Source of the DNA: Balanoglossus misakiensis
Lineage: Eukaryota > Animalia > Hemichordata
Direction: 5' to 3'
DNA length: 64,000 bases
NCBI GenBank assembly: GCA_040954595.2
Contig: CM082577.2
Location: 15,445,903-15,509,902, forward strand
The notes under the pieces are model-generated. The model searched no databases, had not been told where the DNA came from, and was given only the letters and a program-made list of their open reading frames with translations. The translations under genes were made by a program, and so were the position numbers. Shown here one piece after another: positions 21,003 through 34,700 of the stretch; within the stretch, counting starts at the first letter, position 1, and each line of letters begins with the position of its first letter.

Positions 21003-21506
21003 CTAACTAGTTTCTTTCCACTGTGGCCAACGTGGTTCACTGTTTGTGTCAGAATCTCTCTGTTTTGCAAGGATTTTGAAATCATAGTGGTGACATGCAT
21101 AGTGAAAATCAGCTACTTTCAAATGTCCGTCATGTTCATGCTGTAATTGAATTTTCAAAGCTGGGCTGGCGTGTTTTTTCTTATTTACATAAGTATCACA
21201 CTTTATACATGTATCTTCATGGGGTTTTTTGAGTCCCGTATTTAGGTCCTCTCTCACAATTTTACGAAATATCGTATAACTGACAGTTGTTCTTCCCAGA
21301 AGAGATTGGTTGGTTATGAACTCTCGGTGTAACTGCGATATACTGTGGGCCGGCGCCAGGTACGGTTTAAATCGAGGATTCCTGCAGTAGTGAGATTCTA
21401 CAATTCTGTGCCTGCGTACGTGTTCAGTGATATCAGTCAGCAAATTTGGATTGAGTTTCCGACGATGCCCTTTGTGTCGGCCCCTTGCATCTGGCATCAG
21501 ACCAGT
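21003..21506 (-). pseudogene. Truncated duplicate of the N-terminal transposase-half gene, copy 2
   Basis: Same as 5177-5680. Confidence 0.8.
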
Positions 21507-21904
21507 AAAGTTCCATGTGCATTCCTGGCCCTGGTTTTATTTATGTTTACAGACAATATTGCATTTTTGTACAAGTATTTTAATCAACTATAAATTTTGA
21601 ATGTGTCATTTACCTGAACCGGTCATGTTGACCAGAATGATACATTTCTGCCTTCACTCACCCTATAAATATGTGATTGAGACATAGGTCATTTGCATAA
21701 GCTAACATACCAGAAAGTAAGCATATCTGATGTTTTCCCTGTGTCACTGCCATCAAAGTAAAAATTAGACGTTGTGTAGAGCAAACTCCAATTTTTTGTT
21801 CTCAATAAACATGGATGAATTACATAGAATGTGTTTGTTGTTTACAGTCTTTAAATGACACATTAGATTATGCACTTTACAAAACGTTTCTGAGAAACAA
21901 GTGA

Positions 21905-22861
21905 CTAACTAGTTTCTTTCCACTGTGGCCAACGTGGTTCACTGTTTGTGTCAGAATCTCTCTGTTTTGCAAGGATTTTGAAATCATAGTGGTGACATGC
22001 ATAGTGAAAATCAGCTACTTTCAAATGTCCGTCATGTTCATGCTGTAATTGAATTTTCAAAGCTGGGCTGGCGTGTTTTTTCTTATTTACATAAGTATCA
22101 CACTTTATACATGTATCTTCATGGGGTTTTCTGAGTCCCGTATTTAGGTCCTCTCTCACAATTTTACGAAATATCGTATAACTGACAGTTGTTCTTCCCA
22201 GAAGAGATTGGTTGGTTATGAACTCTCGGTGTAACTGCGATATACTGTGGTCCGGCGCCAGGTACGGTTTAAATCGAGGATTCCTGCAGTAGTGAGATTC
22301 TACAATTCTGTGCCTGCGTACGTGTTCAGTGATATCAGTCAGCAAATTTGGATTGAGTTTCCGACGATGCCCTTTGTGTCGGCCCCTTGCATCTGGCATC
22401 AGACCAGTTGAACAGTGCATCATTTTGCTTAGAACGGTTCTAGTCCGCCTCTCACTAATGCCAAATAATTTCAGGAATGCATTTTTGCAGACAGTAACCG
22501 TTTCACCGCCTTCATTCACCAGGTGATAACGAACCGATTTCTTGTGTGACTTCATCTGCATATCCATCAGTTTGTAGAGCATCAAGTTCTGTTCATTATA
22601 CACGCGACCATCAAAATATTTTCTCGTGGTGCCTAAAACATGCGTACTCCCAAGCTTCCGCAGACAATTCCCTTGAACGCAGGCGCATTCCAAGGAAAGA
22701 CTGTCAATATCTGGAAAAGGGCGATTTTTCCTTGGTTTTTGTCTCGGACACGTCTTTTTAGAATTCCTACGTGGCTTGTTGGCTCGAGCTGACAGTTCGG
22801 TTCTGCGTTGCTGCCACACAGGAATGGGTTCCCACGCATAAGCAACTCCCCGGCAGGCCAT
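21905..22861 (-). CDS. Sola1-like transposase N-terminal half, copy 2
   Basis: Identical translation to 6079-7035. Confidence 0.8.
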   Translation of the reverse strand: MACRGVAYAWEPIPVWQQRRTELSARANKPRRNSKKTCPRQKPRKNRPFPDIDSLSLECACVQGNCLRKLGSTHVLGTTRKYFDGRVYNEQNLMLYKLMDMQMKSHKKSVRYHLVNEGGETVTVCKNAFLKLFGISERRTRTVLSKMMHCSTGLMPDARGRHKGHRRKLNPNLLTDITEHVRRHRIVESHYCRNPRFKPYLAPDHSISQLHREFITNQSLLGRTTVSYTIFRKIVREDLNTGLRKPHEDTCIKCDTYVNKKKHASPALKIQLQHEHDGHLKVADFHYACHHYDFKILAKQRDSDTNSEPRWPQWKETS

Positions 22862-22908
22862 GGTCACAGCTGAAGTATTTGTTCAAGTACTGACTGACTA
22901 AACGCGGC

Positions 22909-24042
22909 ATGGAACAAACGAACGAACGACTTCACGTTCGGAAAAAAAATCGTTGCGAGCTGTTGGGTGCATGCCTCTATAGTTGTCGGCAACCGTTCTT
23001 TTTTATTGCTAAACAATGCTGTCAGAGCATGGAAGGTGTGGTGGAAAACGAACAGAGGTTTTGTACGACCAACGATTGGATGGTGCTACATATGGACTTC
23101 CACAAGTCATTGCCGGTTCCTAAACTCAGCTCTGAAGACTTTTACTTTAAATCGAAATTGCAAATGAAGCTCCTTGGAATTTACAACGGGACAACGGAAA
23201 AGATGCATTGTTATGTATGGACAGAGCTCGATAGCAGAAAGTCTCCCGATGAAGTTATTACCTGTCTAAATCACTTTTTTTATAACTCGGGTGTGACCAG
23301 CAGACATGCAGTTATTTACAGCGACAACTGCCGTGCCGAATTCAAGTGTGGGAAGTTAATGTTTTACTATGACTATCTGTTACGAAAGGGCGTGTTTCGA
23401 CGAATTGACTATAAAACTCTTGTGGCTGGACACACGTACTCCACCTGTGACCGAGTTTTTGCGTCCATTGAAAGGCATGCAAGTCGTTTCCAGAGTATAG
23501 AGACACCTCACGATTGGACATCTGTGATTCGAGGATCTTCTCTGAATGGGAACATTGGAGTTACGGAGATGACTCACAGAGACTTTTTCAATTATTCTGA
23601 TTTCCTGAAAAATGAGTACGTTGTGCGTTATGCAGATACAAACAATGTAACTTTTTACTACCAAGCCATGCACTATTTTAATTTTGGAGAAGGAGAAAGG
23701 CTTGATACCGACGGCAACCTCAGAACATTTAGTCATGCAGATAAAGTTTGGGTGAGAACATCTCTAGATCCAAGCGAGACCCCGATTGTAGTCGACTTTA
23801 GAAAGAAGAAGCAGAACCGGCGTTTACAAGATTGTACGCTGAACAAACTTTATCAGGAACGTCGACCACTGGCGAGCAAAGTTTGGCGGGATCTTCAGAG
23901 TTTAGCCAAAAATTACCTGTCTCCGGAGGCAATAGAATTTTATAGGAATCTACCGCTTCAGGAGAGTAGTGGCACCTCTGCAGACCCGTACGCCTTTCAT
24001 GATGATGACGACGACGATGATGATGATATGGGCGGTGGTTGA
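22909..24042 (+). CDS. Sola1-like DDD transposase catalytic half, copy 2
   Basis: Identical translation to 7083-8216. Confidence 0.85.
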   Translation: MEQTNERLHVRKKNRCELLGACLYSCRQPFFFIAKQCCQSMEGVVENEQRFCTTNDWMVLHMDFHKSLPVPKLSSEDFYFKSKLQMKLLGIYNGTTEKMHCYVWTELDSRKSPDEVITCLNHFFYNSGVTSRHAVIYSDNCRAEFKCGKLMFYYDYLLRKGVFRRIDYKTLVAGHTYSTCDRVFASIERHASRFQSIETPHDWTSVIRGSSLNGNIGVTEMTHRDFFNYSDFLKNEYVVRYADTNNVTFYYQAMHYFNFGEGERLDTDGNLRTFSHADKVWVRTSLDPSETPIVVDFRKKKQNRRLQDCTLNKLYQERRPLASKVWRDLQSLAKNYLSPEAIEFYRNLPLQESSGTSADPYAFHDDDDDDDDDMGGG

Positions 24043-24541
24043 ATAAACTGTCCTTTTCATGACGACAGTGATTTTGGATATTTGATGTGCGTGCACAGTT
24101 TATATGTAATATTTTCACACGAACGAGTTTTGACTGAATTTGATTAAAGAATGTACTCGATAATTAACAAATGTGCTGAATCGTGGTTATTATGTTGTTA
24201 ATTTTTGTTTGTTTGTTTGTTTGTTTGTTTGTTTGTTTGTTTGTAAACAATTTCCGTTCATTCAACTGGCTACAAAGTTGGATTTTTGTACTGGGAAGCG
24301 ATAAACTCGCACATCAAAACCGGGGAGACTCGATCATTTTTCCCTGCAGGTAGCCTGAAAAGCACCCGGGCAGAGATTACGTCATATATGGTCCACTTTA
24401 ATACGAAATTATGCAAATGTGACATTTCACGGAAACGGCGTATATAAAAGCGACCCTGGGCTATTGTTCGGAATGCGTCATCGACGAGAGAGTGACTGAT
24501 AATTCTTCTACCTCGAGTCAACCATTCTGTATATACTGAAC

Positions 24542-25882
24542 ATGGCTAGCTGGCGCAGGAAGAGACAAGGCAATGTGCGGTCTGTAATCAACGAACGGCA
24601 CCGCTCAGTTCAGTGTCCCTTTCTTCAAAAGTGGATCGGTGAGCAATTGGTATTTTCAGGTCGTTCAGAGGATGAAGTCCAGTCCAGTACTGTATTTGAG
24701 AGCTACAAATGTTGGGTTGAAAACTATTCGTCGGCGGACAATCAAGTAATGATTATGGTTACTAAAGCTCGATTTTTCAAGGTGAGAATGATCGCATTTT
24801 TCTTTCCCCCCCCCCCCTCCCTCCCTCCCTCCCTCCCCCAAGGGACTCGTTTTCTGTCTCTTTTAAACCTGTAACTTAACGAAAAGGAAGTTTTTCACAT
24901 ATCTCTTCGTTGACACTATAGCAATTTGGAGCGCGGATGCTTCAAGAGAAGAGCGTTACCAAATCAAAGTCGGCCGGGGTTAATATTTATAGAGGTGTTC
25001 GTCTGAAAGCTGGTTCGCGAAGAATCTCAACGGGGAAACCTGAGCACAGTGTACTTCAGACCAGGGCAAGGGCATTTCTTGATGACGCCAGCGTGACCGT
25101 TCCGATCGAGGTAAGAATGGTGTTTTGTTTGGACTAGGACAATAGAACGTTGCAATGAGTGTGTCAATGGGTGTCCAAGTGCAAACGTGGTCTGCTTCTG
25201 TCCACAAATGCCATTAATTTTTGGCAGGATTTATAAAATTGTCAATGAAGAATACAAAAATGAAAAACAACAGTTAATAGCAAACTGGTAGGATTGCAAG
25301 GGCTTGTAAAACGGTACACACTGTACCAGGAAGTTTGCAACACTAATGAAGAATGTATATGATATATTTAGGTGAGAACTGTTCGCGATCGCCGGGACGC
25401 AGGACGGTGCGCGTTTTCGACGAGGGATATTCAAGCCTGGGACGTCGTCTGCGAATACCGGGGCACGGTTATTAGCGTTGAAGAAGCTAGTCGGCGTGAT
25501 GAGCTTTACAGGGCAGAGGGGAAACGACCACGCATGTTCCATCTCTACATTGGAAAGAGACACGTTGTGTGAGTGTATCACTTAGTCGAATATATGGTCA
25601 TATATTGCAAAGCATCTGTCGAAATAGAAAACGTAATATTGTCTATATTTTCCTCATTAACGCAGCATTGACGGATACGATGTCCCAGCCGGTGAAGAAA
25701 ATTTAGCAGGCCTAATAAATCACAGTCAGCAGAACGCCAACTTGGTACCGGTTCGGATCGGAGAGCGCCTGGTTTTCTTTGCAACCAGGAATCTTTGTCA
25801 GGGAGTAGAGCTTTTGTATGATTACGGTGACGGGGGTGAAGAGGATTTCTTCAGTGGTTCTCAAACTTTTCCTGAAAATTAA
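24542..25882 (+). CDS. Winged-helix plus SET protein, copy 2. Exons 24542-24781, 24922-25110, 25372-25568, 25666-25882
   Basis: Same exon structure as 8716-10056. Confidence 0.85.
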
Positions 25883-26788
25883 GGCATTAACACATCAACG
25901 CTTCGGGGTGTCGTAACGGCGGCGCGGCGGGGGGGGGGGGGGGGACGTGAAAATGTTTGTATCAGGAACAAAATTCCCGTGCAAATCACCTTGATCCGGG
26001 TGGGTGGACTATTCGCGACAAATGTTGAAATCATACAAAGCATTTTACTTAATTAACCCATTTTTTTCATTTATTTGTTTACAGTTTACAACGTCATAGA
26101 GAAGTTGAACTAGAGACTGGATCAGCGTGGGTGACACCATAGTACACCAATGTTTTCTTCAGTTTGATTCAATTGTAATTTAAAACTGAGATTGCCTAAC
26201 GCTTTCCCAGATTTTTTTAACCACTGAGAAACTGTGGGTTTTTTTCTGGGTTTTGGTGCGAGGTGATCTCAGTCAGTGGTGTTAATTTAATTAATCATTT
26301 TCTTTTCCTATTTACGTCGACTGAAATGTATTTTGATAGGTGATAGTCATACCATAAAAAAAATCTTACGGCGCGACTGCCAAAATGTACATTTATTTGT
26401 CCGTTCCAAGTTATTTTGTGTATGTGTGATGGGTGCCGGTGACTGTGCAGGGTTGATTTCCCTAGAGCGACTGTTATATTCGTTTTCCAACGATGATGAA
26501 TTTACATGTTATTTGCTTGGCATTTTGACGCAGAGACACTTCTGAAAACACAAACCTATTAATTATGCCACGGGTGTAAATTGATCACATTAAAAGAGGC
26601 TTTAGACGTTTGCCGCGAGCTCCTGGTGGGCAGAATCTTGTCAGCCCAAATTTGACTATAAGTACATAGCCAATGATGTGACGCTCTCCCACATCCTTCG
26701 CCGCGCCTTTTCGCTGATTTACAGCATCTTGCGTAAACACTGTCATTTGATCTTGCTTGGCAGAAGTCAACTTGCTCTATACTACATT

Positions 26789-27154
26789 ATGGCGGCCAAG
26801 CTCAACTGCATATCAGATAATGCCAAGGAGCGTTTGAGAGGCATCCTCGCCAGAAGGAGTCGCGTTTCCGGTGACTGTGTGCTCTGGACGGGTGCAGCTT
26901 GTCGAAACGGCTATGGCTCTATTACGTTCAGAGATGAGAACACTCTAACCGCCTATGTCCATCACATTGCACTCCTAATTAACGGAGTGCAATTGGTGGG
27001 CAGGCGGTTAGAGTGTTCTCATCTTTGCAACGAAAAGCTATGCATCCGCCCAGAGCACATTGTCCAGGAAACGCGACTCCTAAACATTTCACGAAAGACG
27101 TGCTTTAAATCCCCAAAAGGGGAGTGTCACCACGATCCCAGGTGCCTAAGGTGA
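26789..27154 (+). CDS. His-Cys-box endonuclease, copy 2
   Basis: Identical to 10963-11328. Confidence 0.85.
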   Translation: MAAKLNCISDNAKERLRGILARRSRVSGDCVLWTGAACRNGYGSITFRDENTLTAYVHHIALLINGVQLVGRRLECSHLCNEKLCIRPEHIVQETRLLNISRKTCFKSPKGECHHDPRCLR

Positions 27155-27406
27155 GTAATCCTCTTCTCATTTGATATGTATTGTGTGACCCTGCAGTTGA
27201 AACGCTTTCATCAATAATTTGCGGCGCGTGGGTAATCTCGGTGTTATTGACAATGCAGCCGGCCCAAACATTTTTAAATTAACACTGTTTCTGACTGTAT
27301 TAACGAAATGTCCAATTTGCAAGTAGCCTATAGACAACCCTTTTGAATGAGTTTTGTCTCGTTGAGATTTTATACATAAGGAACAATCTAGATTTATTTT
27401 AGAAGA

Positions 27407-27820
27407 CACTGTTCTTTTAAAACAGCTAGCATAATACAGCTAAATTTCGGAATTTCCGGACAATTTTCGGAATTCCTTTTAAATTTGAGAAATTTTTCAT
27501 CAGATATAAGTGTTACTATTTATTGGACATGTTTTTATCATTGTTTACTTTTTAAGGTCATTCTCACCCCCCCCCCCCCAAAAAAAGCCGCTTTAGGCTT
27601 CATGTTCAGTAAAAAATCTGGAAAGTTCAGCTGAATTTTACACTGATCACACATTTTTGGGAAGGTCTGGCGCAAAATAAAGGATGACAAATGTAAATCT
27701 AATGTCACATTTGTAAACCTCTAAGTATTGTACACTCATTCTATTAAGTATATGCAAATAGTACGGATAATTTTTTCGGAATGTGGAATTCCGAAATTAG
27801 TTCGGAACGTGTTAGCAGTG
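27407..27820. mobile_element. Degenerate CACTG...CAGTG element, copy 2
   Basis: Same as 11581-11994. Confidence 0.45.
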
Positions 27821-28062
27821 AAGAGATCACCACTGAGGGTTGGAAGGCCTTGCCAGAAATTAACGCGTAAAGTACGCCCTCACAGGCCATGTAAACAAGG
27901 TCAAATAAGGCCGTCTGGCAAACGAATGATTAATTCAACGCGCCATTTGAGCCGAGCTGAGTTGGTCTGAGTTGCGTATCACACAGACTTAGGCTGAATG
28001 TCAGTGGAGTAACCAGTCCGTTTTAGATTTACCAATGATGTGAATTTAATTTCTTCACCCAG

Positions 28063-28466
28063 AAAAACAGAACACAACTTGTCTGCAACATGATGCTGGA
28101 GGTGACACATGACAGAGAAGTGGATCCGCGTTGTCAACACAGATGCCAGCATTCAAAAGGGGAGTGCCACCTGCTAAAATCAACTCATCTGCTGTTGGCC
28201 CATTTTACCTGTGGCAACTGTTCAGAGGAGACAACGTTTATTCCGTGCAAGCCAACACGCAATGTTGGGGTCTACCTGTCAACACAGATGCAAGCATTCA
28301 TGTGAGTGAGTATCAGGACTGACCTTGTATTTGCTGAATAATTCATAATGCCTATTTTAGAATTCTTAGAGGCATTTGGAGTTCATTGCCTGGTCAACCA
28401 AACTACACCCCTTAACAGCTGAAACAAAATGCGTATTGTGTTCATTCATTCATTGCATCAATATAT
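28063..28466 (+). repeat. Diverged array unit, copy 2
   Basis: Same as 12237-12640. Confidence 0.9.
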
Positions 28467-28773
28467 ATAGGCAACATGAGTATCAAGTAGCACTATTTGT
28501 TTACGATTGTATTCATGAAAACTTCCCACTAACAATTCCACAGTTAATATTGAACACATTTATCCAACAAGGTCAAAAGAAAAAGGGAATCTTCTGGTTC
28601 CAAAATACGCCACAAATGTGGGTCAACATACAGTGAAATATTATGGTGCTCAAATATGCAACATATCAAATCTGTCTCATCAAAGTCATGCTTTAAAAAA
28701 GAATTGAAAAGGTATTATTTATCCATTTGACTGCTGTATTTTCAGAAGGAAAACAAACTGAATTTGGTTTTTC

Positions 28774-31700
28774 AAGTACCTTATATTTTCTGTAAAATAG
28801 ACATTTAATTGGCAAGCCGTCCTGCATCAATTATTAATTGTGTACATGCACTAAAGCGCCCTCACTGCTGGGTGTGTTGTATGGTCTTTAACCCTGTTTC
28901 AAATTAGAGTACTTTCTGCAATTTCAAGACAGATCTTACGTGCCATTGGAGAGCTCCATTGACTGGTCATTCATACTGTTTTCATTCATTCATTGCGGCA
29001 TCAATATATTTTATCTATTCTAGCCAAAGAGCTTGGCACCTGTTGAAATGAACTCATCTGCTGTGGGCCAGTTTATTGGTGGCAGTTGAGCTGAGGAGAG
29101 CACCTTCCTTCCCGGCACGCCACCAAGTAAAGTTCCACGCCGCCCACCACAGATGCCAGCATTCATTCATGCGAGTGAGTGTAATTGCAAATTTGCCTAT
29201 TCTAGATCTGTAATGGAAATGGAGAAAGTACCTTATATTTTCTGTAAAATAGACATTTAATTGGCAAGCCGTCCTGCATCAATTATTAATTGTGTACATG
29301 CACTAAAGCGCCCTCACTGCTGGGTGTGTTGTATGGTCTTTAACCCTGTTTCAAATTAGAGTACTTTCTGCAATTTCAAGACAGATCTTACGTGCCATTG
29401 GAGAGCTCCATTGACTGGTCATTCATACTGTTTTCATTCATTCATTGCGGCATCAATATATTTTATCTATTCTAGCCAAAGAGCTTGGCACCTGTTGAAA
29501 TGAACTCATCTGCTGTGGGCCAGTTTATTGGTGGCAGTTGAGCTGAGGAGAGCACCTTCCTTCCCGGCACGCCACCAAGTAAAGTTCCACGCCGCCCACC
29601 ACAGATGCCAGCATTCATTCATGCGAGTGAGTGTAATTGCAAATTTGCCTATTCTAGATCTGTAATGGAAATGGAGAAAGTACCTTATATTTTCTGTAAA
29701 ATAGACATTTAATTGGCAAGCCGTCCTGCATCAATTATTAATTGTGTACATGCACTAAAGCGCCCTCACTGCTGGGTGTGTTGTATGGTCTTTAACCCTG
29801 TTTCAAATTAGAGTACTTTCTGCAATTTCAAGACAGATCTTACGTGCCATTGGAGAGCTCCATTGACTGGTCATTCATACTGTTTTCATTCATTCATTGC
29901 GGCATCAATATATTTTATCTATTCTAGCCAAAGAGCTTGGCACCTGTTGAAATGAACTCATCTGCTGTGGGCCAGTTTATTGGTGGCAGTTGAGCTGAGG
30001 AGAGCACCTTCCTTCCCGGCACGCCACCAAGTAAAGTTCCACGCCGCCCACCACAGATGCCAGCATTCATTCATGCGAGTGAGTGTAATTGCAAATTTGC
30101 CTATTCTAGATCTGTAATGGAAATGGAGAAAGTACCTTATATTTTCTGTAAAATAGACATTTAATTGGCAAGCCGTCCTGCATCAATTATTAATTGTGTA
30201 CATGCACTAAAGCGCCCTCACTGCTGGGTGTGTTGTATGGTCTTTAACCCTGTTTCAAATTAGAGTACTTTCTGCAATTTCAAGACAGATCTTACGTGCC
30301 ATTGGAGAGCTCCATTGACTGGTCATTCATACTGTTTTCATTCATTCATTGCGGCATCAATATATTTTATCTATTCTAGCCAAAGAGCTTGGCACCTGTT
30401 GAAATGAACTCATCTGCTGTGGGCCAGTTTATTGGTGGCAGTTGAGCTGAGGAGAGCACCTTCTTTCCCGGCACGCCACCAAGTAAAGTTCCACGCCGCC
30501 CACCACAGATGCCAGCATTCATTCATGCGAGTGAGTGTAATTGCAAATTTGCCTATTCTAGATCTGTAATGGAAATGGAGAAAGTACCTTATATTTTCTG
30601 TAAAATAGACATTTAATTGGCAAGCCGTCCTGCATCAATTATTAATTGTGTACATGCACTAAAGCGCCCTCACTGCTGGGTGTGTTGTATGGTCTTTAAC
30701 CCTGTTTCAAATTAGAGTACTTTCTGCAATTTCAAGACAGATCTTACGTGCCATTGGAGAGCTCCATTGACTGGTCATTCATACTGTTTTCATTCATTCA
30801 TTGCGGCATCAATATATTTTATCTATTCTAGCCAAAGAGCTTGGCACCTGTTGAAATGAACTCATCTGCTGTGGGCCAGTTTATTGGTGGCAGTTGAGCT
30901 GAGGAGAGCACCTTCCTTCCCGGCACGCCACCAAGTAAAGTTCCACGCCGCCCACCACAGATGCCAGCATTCATTCATGCGAGTGAGTGTAATTGCAAAT
31001 TTGCCTATTCTAGATCTGTAATGGAAATGGAGAAAGTACCTTATATTTTCTGTAAAATAGACATTTAATTGGCAAGCCGTCCTGCATCAATTATTAATTG
31101 TGTACATGCACTAAAGCGCCCTCACTGCTGGGTGTGTTGTATGGTCTTTAACCCTGTTTCAAATTAGAGTACTTTCTGCAATTTCAAGACAGATCTTACG
31201 TGCCATTGGAGAGCTCCATTGACTGGTCATTCATACTGTTTTCATTCATTCATTGCGGCATCAATATATTTTATCTATTCTAGCCAAAGAGCTTGGCACC
31301 TGTTGAAATGAACTCATCTGCTGTGGGCCAGTTTATTGGTGGCAGTTGAGCTGAGGAGAGCACCTTCCTTCCCGGCACGCCACCAAGTAAAGTTCCACGC
31401 CGCCCACCACAGATGCCAGCATTCATTCATGCGAGTGAGTGTAATTGCAAATTTGCCTATTCTAGAATTCTTACGTGCCATTGGAGAGCTCCATTGACTG
31501 GTCATTCATACTGTTTTCATTCATTCATTGCGGCATCAATATATTTTATCTATTCTAGCCAAAGAGCTTGGCACCTGTTGAAATGAACTCATCTGCTGTG
31601 GGCCAGTTTATTGGTGGCAGTTGAGCTGAGGAGAGCACCTTCCTTCCCGGCACGCCACCAAGTAAAGTTCCACGCCGCCCACCACAGATGCCAGCATTCA

Positions 31701-34700
31701 TTCATGCGAGTGAGTGTAATTGCAAATTTGCCTATTCTAGATCTGTAATGGAAATGGAGAAAGTACCTTATATTTTCTGTAAAATAGACATTTAATTGGC
31801 AAGCCGTCCTGCATCAATTATTAATTGTGTACATGCACTAAAGCGCCCTCACTGCTGGGTGTGTTGTATGGTCTTTAACCCTGTTTCAAATTAGAGTACT
31901 TTCTGCAATTTCAAGACAGATCTTACGTGCCATTGGAGAGCTCCATTGACTGGTCATTCATACTGTTTTCATTCATTCATTGCGGCATCAATATATTTTA
32001 TCTATTCTAGCCAAAGAGCTTGGCACCTGTTGAAATGAACTCATCTGCTGTGGGCCAGTTTATTGGTGGCAGTTGAGCTGAGGAGAGCACCTTCTTTCCC
32101 GGCACGCCACCAAGTAAAGTTCCACGCCGCCCACCACAGATGCCAGCATTCATTCATGCGAGTGAGTGTAATTGCAAATTTGCCTATTCTAGAATCTTAC
32201 GTGCCATTGGAGAGCTCCATTGACTGGTCATTCATACTGTTTTCATTCATTCATTGCGGCATCAATATATTTTATCTATTCTAGCCAAAGAGCTTGGCAC
32301 CTGTTGAAATGAACTCATCTGCTGTGGGCCAGTTTATTGGTGGCAGTTGAGCTGAGGAGAGCACCTTCTTTCCCGGCACGCCACCAAGTAAAGTTCCACG
32401 CCGCCCACCACAGATGCCAGCATTCATTCATGCGAGTGAGTGTAATTGCAAATTTGCCTATTTACGTGCCATTGGAGAGCTCCATTGACTGGTCATTCAT
32501 ACTGTTTTCATTCATTCATTGCGGCATCAATATATTTTATCTATTCTAGCCAAAGAGCTTGGCACCTGTTGAAATGAACTCATCTGCTGTGGGCCAGTTT
32601 ATTGGTGGCAGTTGAGCTGAGGAGAGCACCTTCCTTCCCGGCACGCCACCAAGTAAAGTTCCACGCCGCCCACCACAGATGCCAGCATTCATTCATGCGA
32701 GTGAGTGTAATTGCAAATTTGCCTATTCTAGATCTGTAATGGAAATGGAGAAAGTACCTTATATTTTCTGTAAAATAGACATTTAATTGGCAAGCCGTCC
32801 TGCATCAATTATTAATTGTGTACATGCACTAAAGCGCCCTCACTGCTGGGTGTGTTGTATGGTCTTTAACCCTGTTTCAAATTAGAGTACTTTCTGCAAT
32901 TTCAAGACAGATCTTACGTGCCATTGGAGAGCTCCATTGACTGGTCATTCATACTGTTTTCATTCATTCATTGCGGCATCAATATATTTTATCTATTCTA
33001 GCCAAAGAGCTTGGCACCTGTTGAAATGAACTCATCTGCTGTGGGCCAGTTTATTGGTGGCAGTTGAGCTGAGGAGAGCACCTTCTTTCCCGGCACGCCA
33101 CCAAGTAAAGTTCCACGCCGCCCACCACAGATGCCAGCATTCATTCATGCGAGTGAGTGTAATTGCAAATTTGCCTATTCTAGAATCTTACGTGCCATTG
33201 GAGAGCTCCATTGACTGGTCATTCATACTGTTTTCATTTATTCATTGCGGCATCAATATATTTTATCTATTCTAGCCAAAGAGCTTGGCACCTGTTGAAA
33301 TGAACTCATCTGCTGTGGGCCAGTTTATTGGTGGCAGTTGAGCTGAGGAGAGCACCTTCTTTCCCGGCACGCCACCAAGTAAAGTTCCACGCCGCCCACC
33401 ACAGATGCCAGCATTCATTCATGCGAGTGAGTGTAATTGCAAATTTGCCTATTCTAGAATCTTACGTGCCATTGGAGAGCTCCATTGACTGGTCATTCAT
33501 ACTGTTTTCATTCATTCATTGCAGCATCAATATATTTTATCTATTCTAGCCAAAGAGCTTGGCACCTGTTGAAATGAACTCATCTGCTGTGGGCCAGTTT
33601 ATTGGTGGCAGTTGAGCTGAGGAGAGCACCTTCCTTCCCGGCACGCCACCAAGTAAAGTTCCACGCCGCCCACCACAGATGCCAGCATTCATTCATGCGA
33701 GTGAGTGTAATTGCAAATTTGCCTATTCTAGAATCTTACGTGCCATTGGAGAGCTCCATTGACTGGTCATTCATACTGTTTTCATTCATTCATTGCGGCA
33801 TCAATATATTTTATCTATTCTAGCCAAAGAGCTTGGCACCTGTTGAAATGAACTCATCTGCTGTGGGCCAGTTTATTGGTGGCAGTTGAGCTGAGGAGAG
33901 CACCTTCCTTCCCGGCACGCCACCAAGTAAAGTTCCACGCCGCCCACCACAGATGCCAGCATTCATTCATGCGAGTGAGTGTAATTGCAAATTTGCCTAT
34001 TCTAGAATCTTACGTGCCATTGGAGAGCTCCATTGACTGGTCATTCATACTGTTTTCATTCATTCATTGCGGCATCAATATATTTTATCTATTCTAGCCG
34101 AAGAGCTTGGCACCTGTTGAAATGAACTCATCTGCTGTGGGCCAGTTTATTGGTGGCAGTTGAGCTGAGGAGAGCACCTTCCTTCCCGGCACGCCACCAA
34201 GTAAAGTTCCACGCCGCCCACCACAGATGCCAGCATTCATTCATGCGAGTGAGTGTAATTGCAAATTTGCCTATTCTAGATCTGTAATGGAAATGGAGAA
34301 AGTACCTTATATTTTCTGTAAAATAGACATTTAATTGGCAAGCCGTCCTGCATCAATTATTAATTGTGTACATGCACTAAAGCGCCCTCACTGCTGGGTG
34401 TGTTGTATGGTCTTTAACCCTGTTTCAAATTAGAGTACTTTCTGCAATTTCAAGACAGATCTTACGTGCCATTGGAGAGCTCCATTGACTGGTCATTCAT
34501 ACTGTTTTCATTCATTCATTGCGGCATCAATATATTTTATCTATTCTAGCCAAAGAGCTTGGCACCTGTTGAAATGAACTCATCTGCTGTGGGCCAGTTT
34601 ATTGGTGGCAGTTGAGCTGAGGAGAGCACCTTCCTTCCCGGCACGCCACCAAGTAAAGTTCCACGCCGCCCACCACAGATGCCAGCATTCATTCATGCGA

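Larger units (their letters stand above)
20616..28773. mobile_element. Transposon-like gene cassette, copy 2
   Basis: All ORFs repeat with identical translations at +15826. Confidence 0.7.
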
